A DNA stretch of 64,000 nt, from positions 10,788,001 through 10,852,000 of the forward strand of contig NC_134028.1 of NCBI RefSeq assembly GCF_964204645.1, written 5' to 3'. This DNA is from Tubulanus polymorphus (lineage: Eukaryota; Animalia; Nemertea). Shown here piece after piece: positions 45,101-59,195 of this stretch. The position numbers and the translations under genes were made by a program. The notes below the pieces were generated by a model. It ran no database searches. It worked only from the letters and a program-made list of their open reading frames with translations, and was not told the origin of the DNA. Every line of letters begins with the position of its first letter. Position 1 is the first letter of the stretch.

Positions 45101-48100
45101 ACAGAATCCAACATGTTGGATTCGGGCGATTTCGTCGGCCGACTAAATCGCCGAAGGCGATTGCCCGGACACACTGGGCGATTTTACCGGCGATTTCGTC
45201 GGGCGACGAAATCGGGCGACCAAATCGCCCAGTGTGTCCGGGCCATTACGAAACTGAATCTTTGTAAATCGATTTAAGTTTCACGTTTACGGCACGCGGT
45301 TTAGTGAATCCGATTTGGTAAATCAACTCGTTTATGGACGCGGTTTAGTAAATTGATTTATTAAATCGACTAACTTGCTCGGCGAGCAAGTTAGTGGCGA
45401 TTTAGTCAGTGAAATCCAACATGGCGTCCTCTTCGACCGCGGGCTAAAGACATCTATTGCAGACCATCATCTATCAATAATTCGGTCACCATTGACGCCC
45501 ATTTTCTTTCGAATCGCGACCTATAGATTAATAAATTGATTCGACTCATTTACGAAAAACGATTCGATTTACTAATCCTTACGTTTTCCAACATCGAATC
45601 GGATTTAGCTAAACCGAATCAGATTCAATTTCGTAAAAGCGCCTTATAATTGAGCATTCTATAGAGCTGGAGCAAGAAACGTGTGGGATCGTCCGCCAAG
45701 GTATCGCTAAGGAGTCAGTCCGTGGTGGCTTTTGAAAGCGACGACCGCATATGAATGCATTGATTGAATGACATCTCAAAAGTCAGATTATATAAAATTA
45801 AACATGATATACGGATAGGTTCTTCAAATTAGGCCTATACTGGTAAAAATGAAATGACCCAATATGTGATATAAATGTTCAATCAAAAAGTAGAAAGTGA
45901 ATCCGTAATTCAGTATGGTAGGCCTATTGTTACAACAGCAAACACTCAAATTCAATCCTTTGTTGAATTGGAAGCCAGTGTAGATGAGCAAGTATCGTGG
46001 TCCCTGATTTTTGTTATCGTAATAATTCAAGCCACGTGATTTTGAACTGTTCAACAAGTTGGAGTTTGTGTAAAGATGAATGTGTTTGAAATGGAGTGGA
46101 CTTCAGATATTACTGTTTGCATGCCTATGTCTATTACTTAATCTTTTTACTAATCATAGAAAATTGTGGTAAAATATTTGACTCGACGGTTGGTTTTAGA
46201 TTGTATCTCTCCAAGCCAGAGGTAATCACGGATATCGGACTACAAAAAAATTCCTTGTGTAAAGCTCAACTTTGTAAATTCCTGGAAAAGCTCGCCTCGG
46301 ATATTTCAATAATGATTAAACATTAATTTTCCCAACGAAACACCTAAACAACCAATGTACGCTTGCTTTAAGTTTACCAATGCACTATCGTTGCTTTTTC
46401 TAGCTATTTGTACTGTTTGCCGTAAAAAGATTGCATCCTCTATTACAGGATTTAAGGATACAACTCTAAAACCAGTTAGTTTAAATTAAACATTATACAA
46501 TATGATACATGACCAAATACACTGTTAATATGAAAAAGATCCAATATGTACACATTTCAAATCTCAAACCAAGTTTTATCATTAGAAAATAACGACACAA
46601 CGTTCGATCGTTCACTAGAGATCATCTTTTTGAATTTGTACACAGTGAATTTTCGTATCGTATTATGGTATTATCAATTCTCCGCATTTGAGTGTGACTA
46701 TTCTACGAATACAAAGTTTTTTTTAGCAATGAAGTTTTAATTGTCATTTTAAATGTTAACTATCCACTGGTATGTAAACTTACTAACTTTTGGCAACTGA
46801 CCTCAAATCGTGGAATGGGCTCAGGTAGCCTGCTGATCCACTCTTTATTAATACTACTAAAGAAATATTCAGTATAAGAAGTAAAAAGTATATTAAAGTA
46901 CCATTTATCTTTATATCGCAATAATTTGTGTACGTATGATTGAAAAACGATATTCTATGGAGTCTCGTGTTACGTACTTATGATTATTGTGTATAAGATC
47001 AATAATTAGCAACCTTCCACGGATACGAAGCGGCCTAAGTTTACATCCTACCATAATTTTCTCTAAACTCTCAGCATTATATCAAGATCGGTCTTAGAAA
47101 ATATATGAAGGACGTGTTCACAGGTTAACGAGGCCAAAAATCTTCCTCAAAATTTCAAATTTTTACGAGCATGCTTTTGGTGCAGAAATAATGGATGTCC
47201 ACAAATTGCAAATTGTGTTTTCAAAGTAAACGATCCGAGTGTGGAATTGTTTCGAATTCAGGGTTCTCCCATTTACTCTCCGGTATTTTACAATGTTTCA
47301 ATAAGATACGTAAGTCGCACTTTTGTTGTGATACAGCTTTCTCTATTGGTCAGCGTTGTGATCACTTAAAATTACCCATAAGTTTGAATTCTCACTGAAC
47401 TACTACATCCCTTATAACGAATATATATTTCATATGAGGCGATTAACTTTGATGATCTGCGGTCAGTGGACAGCAGTTACGAAACATTCAAAACTACTAC
47501 ATTATCTTCCATCTATTCATTATTCATATATATGATATGATATGATATAATATCTCCTTTAGTGTTCAGTTTAAACGTCTTGAACGCAAAAGTTTGACAA
47601 GTTTCGCATAATGGTACCGATACGCACGTTCACGCGAGTGAAATGTGCACGTTACAGGCTCAAATGCGCACGTTACAATTACAAATCGAAACGTTGTTCG
47701 TTCAAAACCCGATGTGAAAATCTTTTGCATTTAGTGGGAAATTTCAAAGTTAGCTCGCTTCCTACAATAAAAATTGGACAAGACTTTTAAAACGACACAT
47801 TTAATAAGAGTAGTACTGACGAAGGATTCAGGCAATACCCCGTGTTATTTCTAAAAACATTTAACCGGTAATTAGACAGTACTGGTGTAGCTTGTACAGG
47901 TATAAGAGTTGTTATATTTACGTTCAGACCGAATGAAATTATTTGATACGAGACACGACTAAGTTGTGTCCGAAACAGATAAATATAGCTATGTGGTCAG
48001 TATTGGTCAAGATTTGGTCACTTGAATAGTTGTTAGATGAAAGCCCACACCATTTCTAATTATTTGACACCAAACACGACTGTGTTGCTTCTAGAATAAA

Positions 48101-48859
48101 CAAATTACTTTAAGGTCAGTATTGGTAAAATATTGGTCAGTTCAATAGTTGTTAGATCATAGCCCGCACCGTATCTAGTAGCTCGACGCCCAAACACGAT
48201 TTTATTGCTTTACTAAACATATAAATTACATATGGTGGGTTCTAGTTAGTGGTAACTGGTCAGTACTGGTCAAGCATTGGTCAGTTAAACAATTTTTAGT
48301 TTAATGTCCACATTATATCTAGTTATTTGACACCAAATAACTTAATTGTTTGCAAAACAGATAATTTACTATATAGCCAGTACTGGTCATGCATTGGTCA
48401 GTTGATAGACCAAGGTCCACGCCACGAGTTATTTGATACTAAACATTATTGTGTCGTTTCGGAAAATTTATCTGTTGGGCAATTTGTGGTCAGCCCTGGT
48501 TCGTTTGTTCTTATTTTGCGGGCATTTTATCTCGAACCACCGAAAGACTGAATTACTAATTAATTCAACAGATCATTAATTAATGGAAATGAAGATCAGT
48601 GTTAACTAAGTCCTTAGTCTGAATAAAATGTATGTGGTATTATATGGGTGCTATGGTGCTGTACACCGAACTGTAACTTTTTATTTTCACTACTACCGTA
48701 ATTGACTATGATGTTTTCAAGTGGTCTTAAGTACCGCTAATAGCCGAAAGTCGTTGATTTATGTGAAATTTACACACAGCGCCACCCGTTGATAGTGAAA
48801 CTAACCCGAGCAATACGGGTGTTAAATAGATACGCTAGCAAACCGGCATTCTCATAATG
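42185..48859 (+). mobile_element. 6.7-kb non-coding TIR element (CATTATGAG termini; possibly CACTA/EnSpm-like), copy 1
   Basis: TIR CATTATGAGTTTTCCGGTTTGCT / AGCAAACCGGCATTCTCATAATG. TGACCA-rich ~92-bp repeats lie near the left end and TGGTCA motifs near the right end. No TSD seen, superfamily uncertain. Confidence 0.75.
44892..45644. mobile_element. Harbinger-like MITE with a second Harbinger-like MITE (44903-45245) nested in its left TIR
   Basis: Outer TIR AGGCGCTTTTACGAAA.TGAATCT with TAT flanks. Inner TIR ...CGGACACACTGGG with TAA/TTA flanks. The empty site is seen in the inverted copy near 55290. Confidence 0.8.
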
Positions 48860-49183
48860 TGACAAAGCTGACAATCGGAAAGACAGCTATCAAAATACAT
48901 GGTCATCTGTTCACGAATGAGGGCGTCAAGGCAGACCAGTCGAAGATATGTAAGATGCCTGCACCCACAATATCAAAGGTATCAAACAGTTGTGGGGTAT
49001 GGTGCAGGGCTCGCTTTCTGCCGAACCTGGCAAGTGACCTCGAACCCATTCGTGCACTGACCAGAAATGATCCCCAATGAAATTGGTCGGTCGAGTGTGA
49101 AGCTGCGTTCGAAAAAGTCAAGCAAAGCCTGACGACCACAACTGTATTGGCGTACTTCGACCCAGCTAAACCGGTGTACTGGA
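48860..49183 (+). pseudogene. Ty3/Gypsy pol fragment (end of RT, thumb/connection)
   Basis: GHLFTNEGVKADQSK..MPAPT...RFLPNLASDLEPIRALTR..*NWSVECEAAFEKVKQSLTTTTVLAYFDPAKPV, degenerate. Confidence 0.85.
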
Positions 49184-52100
49184 CATTATGAGAATGCCGG
49201 TTTGCTAGCGTATCTATTTAACACCCGTATTGCTCGGGTTAGTTTTACTATCAACGGGTGGCGCTGTATGTAAATTTCACATAAATCAACGACTTTCGGC
49301 TATTAGCGGTACTTAAGACACTTGAAAACATCACATTATGAGTTTTCCGGTTTGCTCGGCTAGGCAAATGAAAGCTCCGGTTTGCTGAACTACCCCTCTT
49401 TGCGGGGATGCGGTATGATGTTTGATCTGGCAGTTTCAAGTGGTTAATGGCTGTTTCAAGTGCTTACAACGATGCTTATTTCTTCGTTGTACATGGTGGT
49501 TTAAAAAAAGATTTCATAATGATACGCTCACCGCGTGGGCTTCGTAGAAACACCACTACCTGTGACCTTCCCAAATTTTAAGTGTCCTGTCCGATTTGGT
49601 TTCATCCAATTGAGAGACTGCCTTTTCCAGTTAGGGCATTTTTGGATCACGTCACTCCAGGAAATGACTTAACGCTTTTGGGCCCCTTCGTCCGTTCCAC
49701 ATGTTTCATTTGAGCTATAGACCACAATGGTGACACCATGATGGTCAGTAACTGACCAATTGAGATGTCCTCGAGTCTGACCACTTGACTTCGAATTCCG
49801 GAAATTTATCATGTAATGTTTGTTTTCAAACTACTACGGAATCGTCATTGCAAATTCATTACTGACCATCACTGACCACCAATGACCAATTCAAACTTCT
49901 CGAATATGAAAACGATATACCGCGTTATGGTGTCAAACTAGAAAGGATTCGCCATTGAAAATTAATAAATTGACCATCACTGACCACCACTGACCAATTG
50001 AAACTTCTCGAATATGAAAACGATATACCGCGTTATGGTGTCAAACTAGAAAGGATTCGCCATTGAAAATTAATAAATTGACCATCACTGACCACCACTG
50101 ACCAATTGAAACTTCTTGAAAGAACGATATACCGGTACCGCATTTGGTGTGAAACTAGATAGGATTCGCCATTAAAATTCATAAATTGACCATCACTGAC
50201 CTTCACTGACCAATTGAAATTTCTTGAAAGAACGATATACCGGTACCGCATTTGATGTGAAACTTGAAAGGATTCGCCAATGAAAATTCATAAATTGACC
50301 ATCACTGACCACCACTGACCAATTGAAACTTCTTGAAAGAACGATATACCGGTACCGCATTTGGTGCGAAACTAGAAAGGATTCGCCTTTAAAATTCATA
50401 AATTGACCATCACTGACCACCACTGACCAAGTGAAACTTCTCAAATATCGTGGTCGAATTCGAAAAAGCTTGTCGTCGTATTGCTATTTCTAGAAACCAG
50501 CAGAAAGTTTTGCTACTGTTTTTGAATGGCGTTGACATGATGGAAATTTATTACCCATAAATGGGTTACACATCTGGATCACAGCACCTCACTTGCCGCA
50601 GTGCGTTATTTTCACTGCATAGTAATGCTAATACATAAACTTTTTTACTACTTGACTCGAATCATCTGAACAGTACAGCGTTTGAAAACTCAACGAATAG
50701 AAAATGTTTGCGGGATGCGCCTACAAATAAGTTATAATAAGATTAATTAATCGATGCATGAAAAACAATTAAATCACAAGGTGACTAACACCCGTCTTTC
50801 AACCAATCTGCGCGATACCAATTAATTAAATCATTAAACGCATTGGGTTCCTAATATTTGAAATCATGTGATACAATAGTTGTTCTTTAGACTTGGCCAC
50901 TTTCATTTCAGAAAACCGCGTACTAGACCAGTGGTCACCGAGGCATTAACCATTCCTTCAAGTTTTGAAAATTCGATGGTAACGCGGATTCTTCGCCTCT
51001 AAAATCTGTTTCGTTAATAGTTTTCTTTATGTGAAAAGTGTTCATAGGAATTGAAATTTGGAGTGATATCAGTCACAGCTGTAACCCTTTTTCATTGTCA
51101 GTTCTTTTTTGGAATTCAAGTAGATTAGTGAAAATATCAATGATGAAGTTCACTTATTATATCAAGTACCGTTTTTACTGTCGCATGCGAATCGAAACAA
51201 AAAGATCTATCCAACTGCATATCTTCGGGTATAAACTGTGATATCCTTCAGTATGTTATGAATATCTTTAAAAATTTGTGTTCTAGTATAATACCCGAAG
51301 GTTTAACTATCGGACACATAAAAGATTCGCCATAATCAAAGTTTTTAAGAAAATCTTTCTTCGAGAAAGAAAGATCTTTAAAAGAACGATTGGCGTCAAA
51401 CTAATCCATAATGGACTGTTGTGAATTTATTGAATAATCCACCTGAGAAATTTAAAGATTTCGAAGCGAAATTTATTCATATAAATCAAAAATGCATGAA
51501 TAACTTGACGTTATTTGCGGGTCTCATGAAACACTTTCGTGCGCTCTTTTTAAATCTAAAATAGCATAAATACATGCGTGTTTCGTTATAAACAAGGTTA
51601 AATTCCAAACGCACATGAAATATGGAGCCTGTATCACACGATATACACATCTTGAATTTTCTCTAACTACGTAGGCCCTTTCCAAATGGGAATTGTTCAG
51701 TTTTTTAACGGCCGACATTCAGAGGCACCTAAAAAACCGGTTGTATAGCACTTGAGATTTTCAGTGTAGGGCACATCTCACATCGACTCGGCTCGCGGTC
51801 GGTGGTTTAATGGGAACACATCTGGTTGTTACTAGTTTAACAGTTGACGAATTCAGAAAACTTTTTTCAAATGTCTTTGATAACTTTTTAAACATAGTAT
51901 TCTTCTTAATTACATTTCGCTGATTCCATAGATATTTTTTCATGAAAATTGCTCCAGTTATAACGGATTTAAACATACATGTAAAATTATTATTTTCAAA
52001 ATATTCAATTTTCTCCGATTTTGAAGAAATCAACAAGTTGGAGTTTGTGTAGAGATGAATGAGTTTAAAATGGAGTGGATTTTAGATAATACAGTTTGAA

Positions 52101-55100
52101 TGTCTATTACTCAATCTTTTTATTGATCATAAAAAATTGTGGTAAAATATTTGACTCAAGGGTTGGTTTTAGATTGTATCTCTCCACGCCAGAGGTAATC
52201 ACGGATATTGGACTACACAAAATTCCTTGTGTACAGCTCAACTTTTTAAATCCCTGGAAAAGCTCGCCACGGATATCAGTAATTTTCCCACAAATTCCCC
52301 CCTTCGAAAAACCTAAACAACCAATGTGCGCTTGCTCTAAGTTTGCCATCGCACTATTGTTACCTTTTCTAGCTATTTGCACTAGCTGTTTGTAGCAAAT
52401 AGATTGCATCCTCTATTACAGGAGTAAAGGATACAGCTCTGGGACCCGTTTCTCAAAAGATAGTTTAAATTAACCATCATCCAATATGATACATGACTAA
52501 ATACACTGAAAAAGATCAACTATGTACACATTTCAAATTTCAAACCAAGTTTTATCATTAGAAAATTACGACACAATGTTCGATCTCTCACTAGAGATAA
52601 TCTTTTTGAATTTGTACACTGACTTTTCGTCTCGTATTATCGTATTTTCAATTCTCTGCTTTTGAGTCAACAAGTACAAAGTATAAGACAAGGACTATTA
52701 GTTAAACACTAATCTTCATTTTCAGCAATTAACGATCTGGTGAATTAATTAGTGATTCGGTCTTTCGGTGGTTCGAGATAAAATGCCCGCAAAATAAGAA
52801 CCTAACGAACCAGGGCTGACCACAAATTGCCCAACAGATAAATTTTCGAAACGACACAATCCAATCATGTTTGGTAACAAATGTGGCGTGGACCATGGTC
52901 TTTTAACTGACCAATGCATGACCAGTACTGACCATATAGTAAATTATTTGTTTGCAAACAATTAAGTTGTTTGGTGTCAAATAACTAGATATGATGTGGG
53001 CATTAATCTAAAAATTGTTTAACTGACCAATGCTTGACCAGTACTGACCAGTTACCAGTGCTAACCAGAACCCCCATAAGTAATTTATATGTTTAGTGAA
53101 TCCTTCGTTGGTACTACTAGCTCTTACATTTAAATTTGTCGCTTGAAAAAGTCTTGTCCGATTTTTGTTGTAGGTAGCGAGCTAACTTTGAAATTCCGCT
53201 AAAATGCATAAGATTTTTACGTAGGGTTTCGAACGAACAACGTTTCCATTTGTAATTGTAACGTGCGCATTTGAGCCTGTAACGTGCACATTTCACTCGC
53301 GTGAACGTGCGTATCGGTACCAACATGCGAGACTTGTCAAACTTTTACGATCAAGACTTTAAACTGAACAAAGAAGATATCATATCATATTATATATACA
53401 TGAATAGATGGAATGATAATGTAGTAGTTTTAAATGTTTCATAGCTGCTGTCCACTGACCACAGATCAAAGCTAATTGCCTGATATGAAATATATTTTTG
53501 TTATAGAGATGTAGTAGATCAGTGAGAATTCAAACTTATGGTTAATTTTGAGTGATCACAACGCTAACCAATAGAGAAAGCTGTAAGTCCTAAGAAAATA
53601 TGCATTAAGTTTAACATATCTTTCAATATAATGATGAAGTATTCAACTGGCCATCACAACAATAGTTTGACTTATCTTATTGAAAAAACCGGAGTGTTAA
53701 TGGGAAAACCTTGAATTCGAAACAATTCCACACTCAATCGTTTACTTTGAAAACACAATTTGCATTTTGTGGACATGTATTTTTTTCTGCACCAAAAGCA
53801 TGAAGTATATTATCTTTGCTTGTAAAAATTTGAAATTTTGGGGAAGATTTTTGGCCTCGTTAACCTGTGAACACGTCCTTCGTATATTTTCTAAGACCGA
53901 CCCTTGAAATAATGCTGAGAGTTCCGAGGATAATTTTGGTAGGATGTAAACTTAGGCTGCTTCGTATCCGTGGAGGGTTGCTAATACACAATAATCATAA
54001 GTACCATGAGATTCGATAGAATATCGTTTTTCAATCATACGTACACGAATTATCGCGATATAAAGATAAATAATATGTTCATATACTTTTTACGTCTTAT
54101 ACTGTATATTTCTTTAGTAGTATAAATAAAGAGTGGATCAGCAGGCCACCTGAGACTATTCCACGATCTAAGGTCAGTTGCCAAAAGTTAGTAAGTTTAC
54201 CAGTGGATAGTTAACATTTATAATGACGATTAAATTTTCATTGCTAAAATAACTTTTTACTTGTTGACTCAAAAGCGGAGAATTGAAAATACGATAATAC
54301 GATACGAAAACTCAGTGTACAAATTCAAAAAGATTATCTCTAGTGAGAGATCGAACGTTGTGTCGTAATTTTCTAATGATAAAACATGGTTTGAAATTTG
54401 AAATGTGTACACAGTTGATCTTTTTCAATGTATTTGGTCATGTATCATATTGGATGATGGTTAATTTAAACTATCTTTTGAGAAACGGGTCCCAGAGCTG
54501 TATCCTTTACTCCTGTAATAGAGGATGCAATCTATTTGCGACAAACAGCTAGTGCAAATAGCTAGAAAAGGTAACAATAGTGCATTGGCAAACTTAGAGC
54601 AAGCGTACATTGGTTGTTTAGGTTTTTCGAAGGGGAGAATTTGTGGGAAAATTAATCATTACTGAGATATATCCGTGGCGAGCTTTTCCAGGGATTTAAA
54701 AAGTTGAGCTGTACACAAGGAATTTTGTGTAGTCCAATATCCGTGATTACCTCTGGCGTGGAGAGATACAATCTAAAACCAACCCTAGAGTCAAATATTT
54801 TACCACAATTTTTTATGATTAATAAAAAGATTGAGTAATAGACATTCAAACAGTATTATCTAAATTCCACTCCATTTTAAACTCATTTGGCCATCTCTTC
54901 ACAAACTCCAACTTGTTGAACAGTCCACATTAAAATTAGGGACCACTATTCTTGCTCATCTACACTGGCTACCAATCTAACAAAGGATAAAATTTGAGTG
55001 TTTGATGTTATAACAATATCAGACTGAAGTATGCATTCGGTTTCTACTTTTTAATTGAACATTTATATCACATATTGGGCATCATTTTTACCAGTATATA

Positions 55101-58100
55101 TTGAATAACCTATCCATATATCATCTTCAATTTTATAAAATCTGACTTTTGAGATGTCATTCAATCAATGCATTCACATGCGGTCGTCGCTTTCAATAGC
55201 CACCACGGACTGGCTCCTTATTATTTCTTTGGTGATACCATTGGCGGACGATCCCACACGTTTCTTGCTCCAGCCCTAGAATGCTCAATATTCGTCATGA
55301 ACCCCGATTTGAGTTTAAATTCAAAATACTCCTAAAACACACCTGTTAACTAGATTACTCTAAAACACCTTTATGTGCAAGAATCAGTGAAATTGGCGCT
55401 TTATCAGTTGTATTCATCATTCGTACCCACGAATCTCGTATCGTAACCTATTAATGTGGAGACCCATCCTCGTAAAGAGAATGAATAGGCTCTGTTGCGT
55501 TCATATCATTTGATATGAGGCTACGTGTCATCTTCAATTGAAATCACGTTGTTTTTTTAAAGGGTGGGCGAGAATATATTCTTATGTTTTTGTTTCTCTG
55601 AATGTTGCTATTTAAGAGTTCAATAATTTCAGTCTACCAAACAAAGGATTTTCCGTATGTTTCGTGACATGTTTTTCCATAACCCTAGGAGAGCATTTTA
55701 GGTATTTTTTGCGGATGACCGAAAGCTGCTGTCCCTTTCTAGTAATTTGATGATATCCGTCGAAATCTAAATTCTAAAAAGGAATTAGGCATATCTTCTT
55801 TATTGACTAAATATGAACTCAACAACAAGTGACACTCCCTTCAAAGGCGCCGAAGTAAAATCATGTGTCGAGTGGAGATGATATTGTGTCAGAATTTCTT
55901 CAAAATCGGAGAAAATTTAATATTTTAAAAATAATCATTTTACATGTATGTTTAAATCCGTTATAACTGGAGCAATTTTCATGAAAAAATATCTATGGAA
56001 TCAGCGAAATGTAATTAAGAGGAATACTATGTTTAAAAAGTTATCAAAGACATTTGAAAAAAGTTTTCTGAATTCGTCAACTGTTAAACTAGTAACAACC
56101 AGATGTGTTCCCATTAAACCACCGACCGCGAGCCGAGTCGATGTGAGATGTGCCCTACACTGAAAATCTCAAGTGCTATACAACCGGTTTTTTAGGTGCC
56201 TCTGAATGTCGGCCGTTAAAAAAACTGAACAATTCCCATTTGGAAAGGGCCTACGTAGTTAGAGAAAATTCAAGATGTGTATATCGTGTGATACAGACTC
56301 CATATTTCATGCGCGTTTGGAATTTAACCTTGTTTATAACGAAACACGCATGTATTTGTGCTATTTTAGATTTAAAAAGAGCGCACGAAAGTGTTTCATG
56401 AGACCCGCAAATAACGTCAAGTTATTTATGCATTTTTGATTTATATGAATAAATTTCGCTTCGAAATCTTAAAATTTCTCAGGTGGATAATTCAATAAAT
56501 TCACAACAGTCCATTATGGATTAGTTTGACGCCAATCGTTCTTTTAAAGATCATTCTTTCTCGAAGAAAGATTTTCTTAAAAACTTTGACTATGGCGAAT
56601 CTTTTATGTGTCCGATAGTTAAACCTTCGGGTATTATACTAGAACACAAATTTAAACAAAGATATTCATAACATACTGAAGGATATCACAGGTTATACCC
56701 GAACATATGCAGTTGGATAGATCTTTTTGTTTCGACTCGCATGCGACAGTAAAAACGGTACTTGATATAATAAGTGAACTTCATCATTGATATTTTAACT
56801 AATCTACTTGAATTCCAAAAAAGAACTGACAATGAAAAAGGGTTACAGCTGTGACTGATATCGCTCCAAATTTCAATTCCTATGAACACTTTTAATATAA
56901 AGAAAACTATTAACGAAACAGTTTTTATAAGCGAAGAATCCGCGTTACCATCGAATTTTCAAAACTTGAAGGAATGGTTAATGCCTCGGTGACCACTGGT
57001 CTAGTACGCGGTTTTCTGAAATGAAAGTGGCCAAGTCTAAAGAACAACTATTGTATCACATGATTTCAAATATTAGGAACCCAATGCGATAATGATTTAA
57101 TTAATTGGTATCGCGCAGATTGGTTGAAAGACGGGTGTTAGTCACCTTGTGATTTAATTGTTTTTCATGCATCGATTAATTAATCTTATTATAACTTATT
57201 TGTAGGCGCATCCCGCAAACATTTTCTATTCGTTGAGTTTTCAAACGCAGTACTGTTCAGATGATTCGAGTCAAGTAGTAAAAAAGTTTATGTATTAGCA
57301 TTACTATGCAGTGAAAATAACGCACTGCGGCAAGTGAGGTGCTGTGATCCAGATGTGTAACCCATTTATGGGTAATAAATTTCCATCATGTCAACGCCAT
57401 TCAAAAACAGTAGCAAAACTTTCTGCTGGTTTCTAGAAATAGCAATACGACGACAAACACTTTCGAATTCGACCACGATATTTGAGAAGTTTCACTGGTG
57501 GTCAGTGATGGTCAATTTATGAATTTTAATGGCGAATCCTTTCTAGTTTCACACCAAAAGCGGTACCGGTATATCGTTCTTTCAAGAAGTTTCAATTGGT
57601 CAGTGGTGGTCAGTGATGGTCAATTTATGAATTTTCAATGGCGAATCCTTTCTAGTTTGACACCATAACGCGGTATATCGTTTTCATATTCGAGAAGTTT
57701 GAATTGGTCATTGGTGGTCAGTGATGGTCAGTGATGAATTTGCAATGATGATTCCTTAGAGGTTTGAAAACAAACATTACATGATAAATTTCCGAAATTC
57801 GAAGTCAAGTGGTCAGACTCGGGGATATCTCAATTGGTCAGTTACTGACCATCATGGTGTCACCATTGTGGTCTATAGCTCAAATGAAACATGTGGAACC
57901 GACGAAGGGGCCCAAAAGCGTTAAGTCATTTCCTGGAGTGACGTGATCCAAAAATGCCCTAACTGGAAAAGGCAGTCTCTCAATTGGATGAAACCAAATC
58001 GGACAGGACAATTAAAATTTGGGAAGGCCACACTTTCTACGAAGCCCACGCGGTGAGCGTATTATTATGAAATCTTTTTTTAAACCACCATGTACCACGA

Positions 58101-58276
58101 AGTAATAAGCATCGTTGTAAGCACTTGAAACAGCCATTAACCACTTGAAACTGTCAGATCAAACATCATACCGCATCCCCGCAAAGAGGGGTGGTTCAGC
58201 AAACCGGAGTTTTCATTAGCCTCTCTAGACTACCCCGCCAGTACGGGTAGCCGAGCAAACCGGAAAACTCATAATG
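49184..58276 (-). mobile_element. Inverted copy 2 of the CATTATGAG element, containing a partial direct copy (49334-~52680)
   Basis: Both termini are present (49184 and 58276). 49334-52680 is the reverse complement of ~54255-58276 apart from a ~1-kb deletion at ~52030. Confidence 0.85.
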
Positions 58277-58455
58277 AAGTGGACAGCAGCAAGGATCGGG
58301 CTCGGAGCCGTCTTACTACAAGACAAACATCCCGTTGAATATGGCTCTCGTAGCCTAACCTCTGCCGAACGTAATTGGGCTCAAATCGAGAAGGAGATGC
58401 TGTCGATTGTATTTGCGTTGGAATGATTCGACCAGTATACGTGTGGCCGGGTGGT
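58277..58455 (+). pseudogene. Ty3/Gypsy RNase H fragment continuing 48860-49183
   Basis: VDSSKD.LGAVLLQDKHPVEYGSRSLTSAERNWAQIEKEMLSIVFALE*FDQYTCGR. Confidence 0.88.
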
Positions 58456-58460
58456 TTTTC

Positions 58461-59032
58461 TGTAAGGTGCTGCCATCTACAGTGCTCTATATTATGATTT
58501 TTGGCGGCAACCGGTCAGTTCGAGATTGGTCATCGATCAGGTGATATCTCCGGATTTGCAATATCGTAATTAAAAGTAATTATTTATACTGATATCTCTG
58601 TTGTCGCAGGTGAGGAAGTTTTTGTTACGAAATGTTTGTTGATGATTTAGAATGTGAAAATAATTGTATTTGAGATTTGTAGATATTTGTTGAAATAATG
58701 TAAGGCGCAGTTCGAGATTGTTCATCGATCAGGTGATATCTCCGGATTTGCAATATCGTAATTAAAAGTGATTATTTATACTGATATCTCTGTTGTCGCA
58801 GGTCTCTCTTTGTTTCTGCGTCTGTGGTTAGAAGTCTCTGTCGAGCAGTTGGTCGCCCGGCATCCGCATCTCCAGGACCCCAATTTAACTGTGACTCAGG
58901 GGCATCTTCACCCGTCAAGGGATTCGAACCCACTACGCTAAAGCTGTTCCCCGAACCCCGTGACCTCACGAGTCGTTGGAGCCGTTACTGTGAAAATGTA
59001 ATCATTACTTTCCACCACTAGACAGTGGAGAC
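58461..59032. mobile_element. LTR-like segment with internal ~95-bp direct duplication
   Basis: TGTAAGG...GACA ends. 58518-58610 is repeated at 58709-58802. No TSD verified. Confidence 0.35.
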
Positions 59033-59195
59033 ATCTGTTATGTTGTATGTTAACTAATGTTGGACCATATAATAAAGTTTAGTTTTAGTTGTGATATCTA
59101 AGAGAAAGTTCTTGTGTGTTAACTCTCTTGAAGCCTCCAGGATAATCATTTTCTTTAGTCGAAAGACTGGGATTGGATTCCACGATCTGCTCAAC

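Noticed and set aside
42313-58969. Duplicated short ORFs (e.g. 51038/56686, 51761/55948, 52096/54652) as genes
   Set aside because: They recur only because the DNA is repeated. Frames are not kept in copy 1 and no domains are recognisable.
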